Notes under the pieces: generated by a model
What the model saw: only the letters and a program-made list of their open reading frames with translations
What the model was told of the DNA's origin: nothing
Databases searched by the model: none
NCBI GenBank assembly: GCA_008373205.1
Contig: RQOS01000022.1
Span: 1,995-65,994 of the forward strand
Reading direction: 5' to 3'
Length of the DNA: 64,000 bases
Origin: SAR202 cluster bacterium
GTDB taxonomy: Bacteria; Chloroflexota; Dehalococcoidia; Lucifugimonadales; Lucifugimonadaceae
Part shown: piece by piece, positions 1 to 10,076 of the stretch
Position numbering within the stretch: the first letter of the stretch is position 1
Layout: each line of letters opens with the position of its first letter
Position numbers and translations under genes: made by a program

Positions 1-101
1 ACAATATACTATCTCCCATTATGATAAGTCCTAATGGTAGAATAGTGAATGTAATTTGTGAGGGAATATTTATACGACTGATCTTATGAAACATTAGAAA
101 T

Positions 102-755
102 TTATGATAATATTTTTCTTCTAGAATTAGATCTATTTGAAGAGTTAGTATCTTTTGTTTGAGCAGGTCTTCTTTTTTTGTAATTAGAATATCCTAGTTT
201 TCTAGGCCTTCTTTTAGGCATCCATAAACCATTAAAAAAAGCTTTGTAAAGCTTTAGCACTTTATCAGCAGAATCACTAGCTTCTTTAGATATATTTGAT
301 TCAAAAGCTGCTACTTCTACTTTTTTGCCTTCTTTTTTTACAGTTTCAATTGCTGGGAAAAAATCACCATCACCACTTACAATAATTGCTGTATCAAAAT
401 TATTTTTTACTGCATGTAAAACAAGATCTGTTGCAAGCATTACATCGACTCCTTTTTCAACAATGGAGCCATTTTGTTCTTTCCAAATACCTAATTTGAC
501 TTCAAATCCAGGTATTTTATGAAGGCTGTTTAAGAATTTTTTTTGTTCTTCTGGAATTTTGATTTTTCCTTCTAATTCCTGCCTGACATTATAATAAAAT
601 ATTTTTTCTAATTTCCTACCGGAACCTGTAAGTTTTTTCGCAAAATCTTGAAATTTCAAATCACTTCTGCCACAATTCTTCAAAAGAACATGATAAAGAT
701 TAGATCCATCAATAAAGATCATAACTTTTTTATTTTTCTTAAAAATTGAAAACAT
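102..755 (-). CDS. NYN/LabA-like (DUF88) PIN-fold domain protein with basic C-terminal tail
   Basis: 217-aa ORF. VMIFIDGSNLYH near the N-terminus and AIIVSGDGDFFPA later match the acidic motifs of NYN/LabA-type nuclease domains. The last ~45 aa are K/R/S-rich (KRRPRKLGYSNYKKRRP...SRRK). Confidence 0.65.
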   Translation of the reverse strand: MFSIFKKNKKVMIFIDGSNLYHVLLKNCGRSDLKFQDFAKKLTGSGRKLEKIFYYNVRQELEGKIKIPEEQKKFLNSLHKIPGFEVKLGIWKEQNGSIVEKGVDVMLATDLVLHAVKNNFDTAIIVSGDGDFFPAIETVKKEGKKVEVAAFESNISKEASDSADKVLKLYKAFFNGLWMPKRRPRKLGYSNYKKRRPAQTKDTNSSNRSNSRRKILS

Positions 756-873
756 TTTTTTACTAACTAATATATAAATAAATAAATATTTGTATAATTA
801 TTGCATTATTTTCATCAAATCACATGAATAAAATGAAGCAGATCAGATGAATAAAATTAAGAGAGGTTAGACA

Positions 874-1566
874 ATGTTGAGCACAGAAGTATTTGATTCC
901 CCATGTAAACATCCGAATGGACTTCAATGGACTAAAGATGGATTATACGTTATGGATCAGGAATTAGATGACGTATATATTCTTGAAGAATCTGGAAAAA
1001 TTTCCAAAAAACTACAAACTATTACAGAAAATGGTTCAGGTATAACTGTCGGAGGAGGTTATATTTGGACTGCTTCAAATGGAGAAACTCAAGCGAGACC
1101 ATTTAAGAAAACTGACACTCATAAAGGATTAATTTATAAACTTGATATCGATACGGGTGAATTTATTGATAAATTTGAAACTCCGGATAAAGGCGGGGTG
1201 CACGGTTTGGAATGGGATAACGGAATAATTTGGATTACTGCTTTTAATCCAAAGGCAATATATAAAGTAGATGCTGATTCATACAAGATTATTGATAGAT
1301 TCCTTGTTGAAGAAGAAAGATTACATGGATTAGCTAGGCAAGATGATGGAATCTGGTGCGCGCATACTTCAACCAAAAAGATAATTAAGTACAATATTGT
1401 AAATGGATTGGTAATTGATGAAATACAACTAGAAGAGGATGATCCCTACCCACATGGTATGTCTATCAAAGCAAATAAGATGTGGATATCTGATGCAAAT
1501 TTTGGTGGAAAAATGCACAGCAACACTCTTATGGGAAAACCAAGTTTTAATACTATAGATTTATAG
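874..1566 (+). CDS. beta-propeller repeat protein (glutaminyl-cyclase/NHL-like), function unknown
   Basis: 230-aa ORF with a purine-rich GAGAGG upstream. Repeated units carry G-[LI]-x-W ... [IL]-W-[IV] (GLQWTKDGLYVMD, GGGYIWTAS, GLEWDNGIIWITA, DGIWCAHT, NKMWISD). No signal peptide seen. Confidence 0.4.
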   Translation: MLSTEVFDSPCKHPNGLQWTKDGLYVMDQELDDVYILEESGKISKKLQTITENGSGITVGGGYIWTASNGETQARPFKKTDTHKGLIYKLDIDTGEFIDKFETPDKGGVHGLEWDNGIIWITAFNPKAIYKVDADSYKIIDRFLVEEERLHGLARQDDGIWCAHTSTKKIIKYNIVNGLVIDEIQLEEDDPYPHGMSIKANKMWISDANFGGKMHSNTLMGKPSFNTIDL

Positions 1567-2748
1567 TTAGCTAACTATATGCTTTTCTAAAACTTTAGGA
1601 TCAAACTCAACTCCTAAACCTGGGCCTGTAGGAATTTCTATAAACCCATTTTCAAATACAACCGGATCTTTGAATATTTTTTTGTGAAGAGGTCCTTGGT
1701 TCGCTTCAGCTATCATAAAATTTGGTGCACAAGTGGCTACCTGTAATGCTGCTGCTGCCGCAACAGGTCCACAATACATATGTGGAGCAATAACTGCATA
1801 ATTTGCCTCAGCCATTGCAGCAACCTTTTTACCTACTAAAATCCCTCCAGCTTGACCTATATCAATTTGAATTATTTGAGCAGCTTGCTTTTTTAGTAAT
1901 TCAGAAAATTGAAAAACTGTGGCAAGTCTTTCTCCTGTTGCAATAGGTATACTTGTATGAGCAGCTACCCTTGCCATCTCATCTATATTTTCAGGTGAAA
2001 CAGGTTCTTCAAACCAAAAAGGTTGATACGGTTCAATAGCCTTAGCTACTCTTATAGCGCTATATGTAGTTAGTTGTCCGTGAGTTCCTAGTCCTACTTC
2101 TAGATCATTCCCCACTGCAGATCTTATACTCTTAAAGATGTTTTCAGTATAAGTAATTTCTTTCAAGCTAATGTCTCTAGGAACACCTGTTATAGGGTGG
2201 AAAGGATCAAATTTACAGGCAGTATTTCCTTCTTTTAATAATTGCTCTGCAACTGCACCAGCGTTATCTGGATTACCTTCAGGTATTGGAGGCATATAAG
2301 CATAAGCTCTTAATTTATCCCAGCATTTTCCTCCGAGTAAATTATAAATTGGCTGATTAGTTGCTTTGCCTACTATATCCCATAAAGCCATTTCAATTCC
2401 TGATAAAACCATTCCAAAGTGTAAACTAGGAAGTCTGTAATCGTGCCTTCCTGCGTACATATCATAGTAAATTTTTTCAATATCAAATGGATTTTTCCCA
2501 ACTACGAATGCTTCAACAGTTTCATGAACCAATTGTATTTGAGATTTAAAATCTTTCCATGTCATTTTTCCAGTAAAAGAACTTCCTGTAAGCTTTTCGC
2601 CTAAACCAATTATTCCTTCATCAGTTGATAGTTCCAAGATAAGAAAATACTTACCTCCAATATACCAATCACCCGTTTGTTCTCCTCCACCTGATCGTGG
2701 TGCAGACTCATTTTCTATAACATAAGTCTTTACTCCAGTTACTTTCAT
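1567..2748 (-). CDS. enolase-superfamily enzyme (mandelate racemase/muconate lactonizing, acid-sugar dehydratase-like)
   Basis: Capping domain MKVTGVKTYVIEN...STDEGIIGLGE, then a barrel region with FEEP and IQIDIGQAGG-type metal and acid/base segments. Start moved to ATG 2748, which follows a GGGGGAA SD; the track ORF extends to 2784. Confidence 0.8.
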   Translation of the reverse strand: MKVTGVKTYVIENESAPRSGGGEQTGDWYIGGKYFLILELSTDEGIIGLGEKLTGSSFTGKMTWKDFKSQIQLVHETVEAFVVGKNPFDIEKIYYDMYAGRHDYRLPSLHFGMVLSGIEMALWDIVGKATNQPIYNLLGGKCWDKLRAYAYMPPIPEGNPDNAGAVAEQLLKEGNTACKFDPFHPITGVPRDISLKEITYTENIFKSIRSAVGNDLEVGLGTHGQLTTYSAIRVAKAIEPYQPFWFEEPVSPENIDEMARVAAHTSIPIATGERLATVFQFSELLKKQAAQIIQIDIGQAGGILVGKKVAAMAEANYAVIAPHMYCGPVAAAAALQVATCAPNFMIAEANQGPLHKKIFKDPVVFENGFIEIPTGPGLGVEFDPKVLEKHIVS

Positions 2749-2759
2749 AATTCCCCCTA

Positions 2760-3458
2760 TTATTTTCTTTGACCAGAATTCCATTCCCAGTTATCTGGTG
2801 GCCATATATTCTTTCCTCTTCTACCATTTTGGCCTTTTCTAGACTCATCATACATGTCCTTAACAGTCTCTTGCCAATTTTTTATATGAGGAGTACCTCT
2901 ATGGTATTCAAATGCATCTGCATTAGAATAAACCTCATAAAGATAAAGCTCTGTAGGATCATTCACATTTTGATATACATCAAATCTCAAACATCCAGGT
3001 TCTTCATTGGTTGATCCAATACTATCTAATGTTATTGAATCAATAAATTCATCAACATTTTCTTCCTTAACGTACTGGGGTGCTGCTATAACCATTAGAG
3101 ACGAATTTGAAAAATATTCATGGTCTGAAGAATTTTCTCTCAATGAATCCCATATAACATTTTCATTTGGATATACTGGTTTACAAAACGACACCTCTGT
3201 CTCAGCAGAATAAAAATCTTCTGTATTTTTAGCCCATATCTTAAAGTGTTCATAAGTGGTGTGAGCCTTAAAAGCTTCTTCATCATCATACACTTCACAA
3301 AAAGCAAATTGGGTTGGATCTGTTGAATCTTGAATAATATCAAATCTTCTGCATCCGGGTTCATTCCTCACTGAACCTTCTGCATCCCCTATAGATTCCT
3401 TTATAAACTCATCTACTTTATCTTTTTTTACCGAAAGCCTAACCATTAATATATACAT
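2760..3458 (-). CDS. tandem antibiotic-biosynthesis-monooxygenase (ABM/Dabb) domain protein
   Basis: Two ~100-aa repeats: RNEPGCRRFDIIQD...CEVYDDEEAFKAHTTYEHFK and NEEPGCLRFDVYQN...YEVYSNADAFEYHRGTPHIK. Start set to ATG 3458, preceded by GAGGG plus 6 nt. Confidence 0.75.
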   Translation of the reverse strand: MYILMVRLSVKKDKVDEFIKESIGDAEGSVRNEPGCRRFDIIQDSTDPTQFAFCEVYDDEEAFKAHTTYEHFKIWAKNTEDFYSAETEVSFCKPVYPNENVIWDSLRENSSDHEYFSNSSLMVIAAPQYVKEENVDEFIDSITLDSIGSTNEEPGCLRFDVYQNVNDPTELYLYEVYSNADAFEYHRGTPHIKNWQETVKDMYDESRKGQNGRRGKNIWPPDNWEWNSGQRK

Positions 3459-3501
3459 ATTCAACCCTCTCATTTTTTTTATTATTATACGAAATTATTT
3501 T

Positions 3502-4245
3502 TTATCCTCTACCAATAAATTCTTGTTTTATAGGTAATACCGTCGCATCAAGCATATTAGTTCCTTCAGGCAAAGTAGCCATAAGGAGCGCTGTCCTAGC
3601 AATATCATTTGCATTAATTAAAATTTCAGGGCCTTGATCCTTGCCAGTTCCAGATCTACCATCTGCTCTTCTTTCAACCATGGTATTCCCAGGATTTAAG
3701 CAGCTTACAGATATTCCGTACTCTCGTCCATCAAGAGCTGCAGATTTAGTTAGTCCTCTAACTGCATGTTTACTAGTAGTATAAGGAGAAGAAAACATTC
3801 GTGGAGATTCTCCAGCTATCGAACCAATGTTTATAATTTTTCCTCCTCTAGATTTCATGTACTTGAACCCTTCTCGAGTACACTTAAATGTACCAGTAAC
3901 ATTAACAGATATAACATTATCCCATTGCTCATCTGAGACTTGATCTATTGGATTTCCATCCATCACTCCACTGTTATTTACTAAAACATCAACGGCACCA
4001 TGCCTATTAAAAGCAAAGGAAAAAAGATTAGCAACATCTTCGGTATTTGTTACATCAGTCTTATAATAATCAATTTTTTCATTTCCAGTTTGTCTAATTT
4101 CATTAACTGCATTAATCAAATTTTCTTGATTTCGTGATGCAATAATTACTTTTGCATTTTCTGAACAGAATAATTTTGCAATAGCTTTTCCAATTCCAGT
4201 TCCACCGCCAGTTATAATTACTACTTTATTTTCCAAATTATTCAT
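3502..4245 (-). CDS. short-chain dehydrogenase/reductase (SDR)
   Basis: TGGGTGIGKA Rossmann motif, NNSG, and catalytic YTTSK (YxxxK). Confidence 0.85.
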   Translation of the reverse strand: MNNLENKVVIITGGGTGIGKAIAKLFCSENAKVIIASRNQENLINAVNEIRQTGNEKIDYYKTDVTNTEDVANLFSFAFNRHGAVDVLVNNSGVMDGNPIDQVSDEQWDNVISVNVTGTFKCTREGFKYMKSRGGKIINIGSIAGESPRMFSSPYTTSKHAVRGLTKSAALDGREYGISVSCLNPGNTMVERRADGRSGTGKDQGPEILINANDIARTALLMATLPEGTNMLDATVLPIKQEFIGRG

Positions 4246-4256
4246 AGTGCCACCTC

Positions 4257-5660
4257 CTATTTTGTTTTGTATGAAGCAAAAACAGATATAAAGACTATAA
4301 TACTAGAAATTATTAATGTTGTTCTCCAGCCATTAATAAATAAACTTAATATTTCTTCTGATGAATTAGAATTAATCTCACTTAATTGAATAGAGATAGA
4401 TCCTGAAGCTAAGAAAATTATTATTATTGTAGCCGCTAGACTTTGACCAAATGTAGTACCAATATTTCTGATTAAATTTAAGTAAGCACTTACAGATCCA
4501 TATTGATCTTTAGTTACACTACTTAACACTGCACTCATATTGGGTGCCATCCACATACCAATACCAAATCCATTTATGAACATTATTATAGTAAATATAG
4601 TTAGATTGAAATCATTTGCTATAAAAGAAAGAGATAAATTTGCAAAAGCAGAGAAAAGCATTCCTGTTACAGTAAATATTTTATGTCCAAATTTATCAGA
4701 TAAACGACCAGAAATAGCAGAAGCAATCACAGTACCCGTTCCAGAATAAAACAATGTTGTACCTACTGAAGTTTCACTCAGTCCAATAACTTTTTGTAAA
4801 AAAATAGGATTAATAAACATTAAAACTGAAAATCCAACAAAACCAAACATTCTAGAAATTGATCCCCAAAAATATGCAGGTTTTTTATAATTCTTAAAAT
4901 CTAAAATCGGCTTGGGATGATTATTTTCATGTTTATAAAAAAACATTACTAATACCAAAAAAATAATTATTTGAAGAATATGAATAATAGAAAAAAATCC
5001 AAATGATAAAGGATCATTAATTATAAAAACAAATAAAGTCATTATTAAAATGAAATATATCATTCCTATAATATCCATGGAATTTCTATCAATTTCAGGT
5101 TTTTCCATTTTAGGAACAAACAGTAATGCCATTAAAACTGTAAATATTCCTAAAAATCCAATTAGTCTGAATGCAAATCTCCAACCATAATTATCTAATA
5201 ACACCCCTCCTATGAACGGAGTAATCATCATTCCTAGAGCTACAGATGTTGTAATAATACTTAATCCCATTCCTTGGTATTTTTTTGGGAAGGTAGCTGT
5301 AACAATTACAAACATCATTATTGAAGTACCCGTTGTGCCCACGGCAGATATTGTTTTACACAATATTAATATATATACATCAGATGCGTAGCTAGCAGAG
5401 ATAATTCCTGAGAGAGAAATTATGAGAGCAATTATATAAAATAATTTTCTACTTACTAGATCAGCTATTCTACCTATGGGCATTAAGAATGCAGTCATAA
5501 TAATTGATGCTGAAAGAATTATCCAAGAAGCCAGCCTAAGAGATAAATCAAATTCATCAGAAATTGAAGGGATAGCTATTATTGTTGTATTAAAATCTAA
5601 AAGAAAAATATTTGCAGTAAATACAACAGGAAAAACAACTAACAATAATTTTTTATCCAT
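4257..5660 (-). CDS. MFS transporter (14-TM, DHA2-like)
   Basis: 467 aa, hydrophobic throughout with about 14 helices. MFS loop motif MPIGRIADLVSRK after TM2. Confidence 0.75.
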   Translation of the reverse strand: MDKKLLLVVFPVVFTANIFLLDFNTTIIAIPSISDEFDLSLRLASWIILSASIIMTAFLMPIGRIADLVSRKLFYIIALIISLSGIISASYASDVYILILCKTISAVGTTGTSIMMFVIVTATFPKKYQGMGLSIITTSVALGMMITPFIGGVLLDNYGWRFAFRLIGFLGIFTVLMALLFVPKMEKPEIDRNSMDIIGMIYFILIMTLFVFIINDPLSFGFFSIIHILQIIIFLVLVMFFYKHENNHPKPILDFKNYKKPAYFWGSISRMFGFVGFSVLMFINPIFLQKVIGLSETSVGTTLFYSGTGTVIASAISGRLSDKFGHKIFTVTGMLFSAFANLSLSFIANDFNLTIFTIIMFINGFGIGMWMAPNMSAVLSSVTKDQYGSVSAYLNLIRNIGTTFGQSLAATIIIIFLASGSISIQLSEINSNSSEEILSLFINGWRTTLIISSIIVFISVFASYKTK

Positions 5661-6426
5661 TAATATTCCTTTTCAGAAATAAATTATATAAAGTTATGCC
5701 TGTAGCTACAGAAACATTTAAAGAAGAAATTTCTCCACTCATAGGAATTGATAAAACTTTATCAGAATTTTCCAAAATTCTTTTTGAAACACCATCATGT
5801 TCTGAACCAACAACTAAAGCAATAGGTAATGAGTTATCTATATCTACGTTTGATAAATTTTCACCATTCATATCTAAAGATAATATTTGGAAGTTCATTT
5901 TTTTAAGGTAATCTAAACTTTTACTTATTGAATTTACAATAGTAAATTCAATATGCTCCAAAGCTCCAGCTGATGATCTAATTGCTCCTGGCGATATTTT
6001 TGCAGATTCTTTAGAAGGAACTACTAATCCATGCACTCCAAAAACTTCAGCTGTTCGGGCAATTGCTCCAAGATTATGAGGATCTTGGACTCTATCTAAA
6101 AATATAATTAAGGGAACTTCTTTTTTTTTGTCAGCTAAAAAAATCATATCTTCAATTGAAGATTGAAAATTATCATCTAAATATAAAATAACACCTTGAG
6201 ATTTTTTAGTAGCAGATTTTTTTTCTAAAGCTTTTCTAGATAAAAAATTAATACGAATTTTCTTTTCTTTAGCTAAATTAAGAATCTTTTGTATCTGTTC
6301 ACCTTGGTCATTTGAATCAGATATATCAATGAAAGAAACTTTTTTATCAGATAATAAAGTTTCAATTACTGAATGTCTTCCTTCTATTTGCCTGAGACTG
6401 GTTTTGTTTCTTGAATAACGTGACAA
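5653..6426 (-). CDS. rlmB: SpoU/TrmH-family rRNA 2'-O-methyltransferase (RlmB-like)
   Basis: N-terminal substrate-binding domain (EGRHSVIETL). SPOUT motifs DRVQDPHNLGAIARTAEVFG, LVVGSEHDGVS and IPMSG..SSLNVSVATGITLY. TTG start. Confidence 0.75.
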   Translation of the reverse strand: MSRYSRNKTSLRQIEGRHSVIETLLSDKKVSFIDISDSNDQGEQIQKILNLAKEKKIRINFLSRKALEKKSATKKSQGVILYLDDNFQSSIEDMIFLADKKKEVPLIIFLDRVQDPHNLGAIARTAEVFGVHGLVVPSKESAKISPGAIRSSAGALEHIEFTIVNSISKSLDYLKKMNFQILSLDMNGENLSNVDIDNSLPIALVVGSEHDGVSKRILENSDKVLSIPMSGEISSLNVSVATGITLYNLFLKRNING

Positions 6427-6523
6427 ATTAGCCTTTTCGAATGAATTATAAACTGAATTCTATTATAAAATGTTCACAAAAATATACATTTATTTTTGTA
6501 AATTCTTATAAAAAGGTGAAAAA

Positions 6524-7405
6524 ATGAAAACAATAAATATTACCGCATCAAGACATGCTGTGTTTTACTCTCCACTTTTAGCTCTTGTAAATGGCGGTTT
6601 TTTAGAAGAGGAAGGACTTGAGGGTAAGTATCACATACCAGAACCAAATGTAAATGTTTATGAAAAAATAAAATCTCAAGAAATTGATGTGGCACAATCA
6701 GCTGTTTCAGGAAGTTGGAACTTCTTCGAAAAAAAATTAGATTTATCAATAAAACATTTTGCTCTTATAAATTCAAGAGATGGATTTTTTATAATTTCTA
6801 AAAATAAAGATAAGTTTCAATGGGAAGATTTATATAAGAAAGATTTTTATTATGTTAGAGGCGGTCAACCTCAAGCAATGTTATCTTATGCACTATCAAA
6901 AAATAACATAGACTTAGATAAGATTGATCTTGTTTCAGACAAAGTTCTTTCAACTCAAGAAATGATTCAAGAATATAAGGATAGTAGTGATGCTTTTTTT
7001 CATGAACAAGGAGCATATCCTCACCAGCTATCTCTAGAAAACCAAGGCGAAATAGTAGCTTCAGTTGGAGAACAAATAGGACCAGTTGCATTTTCAAGTT
7101 TATGTGCTGAAAAAGAATGGATCAACAGTGATAAAGGTAAGAAATTTTCAAAAGCCTTCGAGAAATCTAAAAAATGGGTCAATACAGCAAATCCAGATGA
7201 TATTGCCAAAACAGTTAAGATATATTTTCCTGATTTTGAGGAAAAATCTATTTCAGCTGCTATAAAAGATTATCAAGAATTAAAAACATGGGACTCAAAT
7301 ATTGAAGTTTCAAAGGACGAGTATGAAAAAGCATTAGAAGTATTTCATCACTCAAAATTAATTTCTAAAGATCATAATATAAATGACGTTGTCGAATATG
7401 CATAG
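6524..7405 (+). CDS. NMT1/THI5-like (SsuA/TauA-fold) substrate-binding-type protein lacking a signal peptide
   Basis: N-terminus INITASRHAVFYSPLLALVNGGFLEEEGLE resembles NMT1/THI5 and NitT/TauT binding-protein folds. No hydrophobic leader. SD AAAGGTGAAAAA precedes the ATG. Confidence 0.5.
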   Translation: MKTINITASRHAVFYSPLLALVNGGFLEEEGLEGKYHIPEPNVNVYEKIKSQEIDVAQSAVSGSWNFFEKKLDLSIKHFALINSRDGFFIISKNKDKFQWEDLYKKDFYYVRGGQPQAMLSYALSKNNIDLDKIDLVSDKVLSTQEMIQEYKDSSDAFFHEQGAYPHQLSLENQGEIVASVGEQIGPVAFSSLCAEKEWINSDKGKKFSKAFEKSKKWVNTANPDDIAKTVKIYFPDFEEKSISAAIKDYQELKTWDSNIEVSKDEYEKALEVFHHSKLISKDHNINDVVEYA

Positions 7406-7416
7406 GAATAAATTTT

Positions 7417-8331
7417 TTGGAAAGTAAAAAAATAATTATTACTGGTGGATTAGGTTTTTTGGGTTATTCATTACTAAAAAAGTTTCAAAGTAAGAATAAT
7501 ATCTTAGTAATAGATAATCTTTCTTCCAATGTTCATAAAATTGAAGAAATAAAGAATTACAAATCATGCGAGCTAATTAATTTAGATATTACTGATAATA
7601 AAATTAATAAGGTAATTAAGTCTTATAATCCGGATTATATTATTCATACAGCTGCCCAAACTAGCGTTATTAACTCAATAAATCAACCAGAGAAAAATAA
7701 TAAAATAAATATTGATGGCACAAGAAATATTATTGAATCTGTAAAAGAATTATCAGACTGTTTCTTTATGTTAATATCATCAGGTGGAGCTGTGTATGGA
7801 ACTCCTAATTATTTACCTGTTGATGAAAATCATATTTTAGATCCAATTTCTCCTTACGGAATTTCAAAAATGGAAGCAGAAAAAATAACTTTAGAGCACC
7901 TAAAAGACACAAAATATAAATATTCAATTATTAGACCTTCAAATATTTATGGAGCTCATCAAAAAGAAGCTAATGTAATTCCGAAATTTATTAGTTTAAT
8001 GAAAAAAAACAAAACAGTATCAATTTATGGAGATGGAAATTCAACAAGAGATTATGTGTTTATAGATGATATTGTAGAAATAATAAATAAGATTTGTGAA
8101 AAAAAAACAGAAGGAATTTTTAATGTTTCTTCCAACGAAGAAGTCAAAATAATTGAAATATTTAATAAATTAAAGAGTGAACTAGATTATAAAAAAAATC
8201 CAAAATATATTTCAAAAGTAGATGGAGAAATCATGAATATTTATCTTGATAACTCAAAAATATTAAATCTTATTAGAAATTTTAAATTTACTAATATTGG
8301 CAATGGATTAAAAAAGACTTTGTCTGATTAG
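7417..8331 (+). CDS. NAD-dependent epimerase/dehydratase (GalE-like)
   Basis: TGGLGFLG dinucleotide motif, catalytic S...YGISK (YxxxK), extended-SDR length. TTG start. Confidence 0.8.
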   Translation: MESKKIIITGGLGFLGYSLLKKFQSKNNILVIDNLSSNVHKIEEIKNYKSCELINLDITDNKINKVIKSYNPDYIIHTAAQTSVINSINQPEKNNKINIDGTRNIIESVKELSDCFFMLISSGGAVYGTPNYLPVDENHILDPISPYGISKMEAEKITLEHLKDTKYKYSIIRPSNIYGAHQKEANVIPKFISLMKKNKTVSIYGDGNSTRDYVFIDDIVEIINKICEKKTEGIFNVSSNEEVKIIEIFNKLKSELDYKKNPKYISKVDGEIMNIYLDNSKILNLIRNFKFTNIGNGLKKTLSD

Positions 8332-8765
8332 TTTTTTCTTAAAATTTCTTCAAGTGCAACCCAAGATAACATTGCACATTTTATTCTCACAGGAAATTTT
8401 TTCACACCCGACAGTGAGGATATATCTCCTAACTTATCTAGTTCTTGTTCAGATAGTTCCTCACTCTTAATAAGTTTTCTAAATAAATTAACATTATCCT
8501 GAAGTTCTGAATAGGGTATTCGATGAATTTGCTCTGCCATTAGGGATCCTGATGCTTGAGATATTGCACATCCTCTACCTGTAACACTGACTGAAACATT
8601 TTTGTTTTCATCTAAGGAAATTTGAATTTTTATTTCATCTCCACAAAAAGGATTATTTTTCTCAACCTCAAAGTCAGGTTCAGAGATTAAGTCTGTATTT
8701 CTTGGGTTATGATAATGATCCATAACTATCTCTTCATACATTTCATTTAATTCGTCGTTGACCAT
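8328..8765 (-). CDS. sufU: SUF-type Fe-S scaffold / sulfur acceptor SufU
   Basis: Ligand motifs CGDEI, GRGCAISQAS and KCAMLSW. Last gene of the suf operon. Confidence 0.85.
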   Translation of the reverse strand: MVNDELNEMYEEIVMDHYHNPRNTDLISEPDFEVEKNNPFCGDEIKIQISLDENKNVSVSVTGRGCAISQASGSLMAEQIHRIPYSELQDNVNLFRKLIKSEELSEQELDKLGDISSLSGVKKFPVRIKCAMLSWVALEEILRKN

Positions 8766-8767
8766 TA

Positions 8768-10075
8768 TTACATTATTCCCTGAATATCTAAAATGTTTAT
8801 TTTTTCCTTTAATATTTCTTCTAGAGCATTTGTAATATTTTCATCTTCAAATTCATCAATAATTTCTTGAGCAAATCCTCTAATTAACATTGATGTAGCT
8901 TCATCCTTATCAATTCCTCTACTTTGAAGATAAAACAACATATTTTTATCCATATTACCTGCTGTTGCTCCATGGCTACATTCGACATCATCAGCATAAA
9001 TTTCTAAACTAGGCTTGGTATCAACTTCAGCATCTTTAGAAAGTAAAAAATTTAAGTCTTTTTGAAATGCTTTAGTTTTTTGAGCATCTTTTTTTACCAG
9101 TACTTTTCCACTAAAAACTGCTCTAGATTTACCAGCTAATATACCCTTAAACATTTGATCACTTGAACATTTTCCAACAGTATGAGTTGTTGAAATTTCA
9201 TTTTCCTGATGTTGATCTTTATCAGTTATATATAAACCATGAAATGAGCATTCAGAATTAATTCCAATTAAATCACTATGAATATCGTACCTAGACAGTT
9301 GACCTGAGGTCGAAAAAGACACAGAAGATAATTTAGAATTTTCCTTTTGAAGAATCCTATCAAAATTAAAAAAATAGGAATTTTCTGAAGATAACTGGAC
9401 TCTTCTATGATTTACTTCACTTGAAATATCAATCAGATATTCAAGAACTGGGATTGTTAGATTTTGTAATTCATCAGAGGACAAATCTACATATATTTCG
9501 TTTATATTTGAGCAGGTATTTTTTGAAGCTTCAATAAACAATCTTGGAGAGGATGAAAATTCTTTTTTTTGGTGAGTTGTAATTATAAAGATATTTATAG
9601 AATTTTCTTTTTTCTGGTTTTTTATAGATATAAAAACAGGGTCTAGCATAATTGAAGAATTTAGTGCTATCAACTCATTCTCTTCATTTTTAGCAATAGT
9701 TCCTAAAGATGACTTTAAATAATCAAGTTTGTCTAAAGTAGATGAGCTTTCAACAATAATGTCTTCTGTAAAGTTTGATTTATTAGAATCAAAAAAACCG
9801 TTTACTATAAAAATATTATTAGGTGTATTATCAACCAAATTATTCAAATTTCCTTCCAAATCAAAATTTGAATACTCAGCATTTGAATATTTTATATTTT
9901 GAAGATTTGAAAAATTTGAATATTTCCATAATTCTCTAGTATGATCATTGGGAGGTAACCCAAGATCTTTAAATCTTTCCCATCCGTCCTTTTTTACTTC
10001 ATTAATATCTTTATTTGATATTAAGTTTTCTTGAACGATATTATCGATACTTTCAAAGAAATCTTTAGTACTCAT
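8768..10075 (-). CDS. sufD: Fe-S cluster assembly protein SufD
   Basis: 435 aa. C-terminal SufB/D beta-helix region (CSHGATAGNMDKNMLFYLQSRGIDKDEA). Sits between sufC and sufU. Confidence 0.8.
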   Translation of the reverse strand: MSTKDFFESIDNIVQENLISNKDINEVKKDGWERFKDLGLPPNDHTRELWKYSNFSNLQNIKYSNAEYSNFDLEGNLNNLVDNTPNNIFIVNGFFDSNKSNFTEDIIVESSSTLDKLDYLKSSLGTIAKNEENELIALNSSIMLDPVFISIKNQKKENSINIFIITTHQKKEFSSSPRLFIEASKNTCSNINEIYVDLSSDELQNLTIPVLEYLIDISSEVNHRRVQLSSENSYFFNFDRILQKENSKLSSVSFSTSGQLSRYDIHSDLIGINSECSFHGLYITDKDQHQENEISTTHTVGKCSSDQMFKGILAGKSRAVFSGKVLVKKDAQKTKAFQKDLNFLLSKDAEVDTKPSLEIYADDVECSHGATAGNMDKNMLFYLQSRGIDKDEATSMLIRGFAQEIIDEFEDENITNALEEILKEKINILDIQGIM

Positions 10076-10076
10076 T

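Noticed and set aside
6427-6523. A TPP riboswitch upstream of the NMT1/THI5-like gene.
   Set aside because: The 97-nt spacer is nearly all A/T and lacks the conserved CUGAGA and ACCUGA...GGA core segments.
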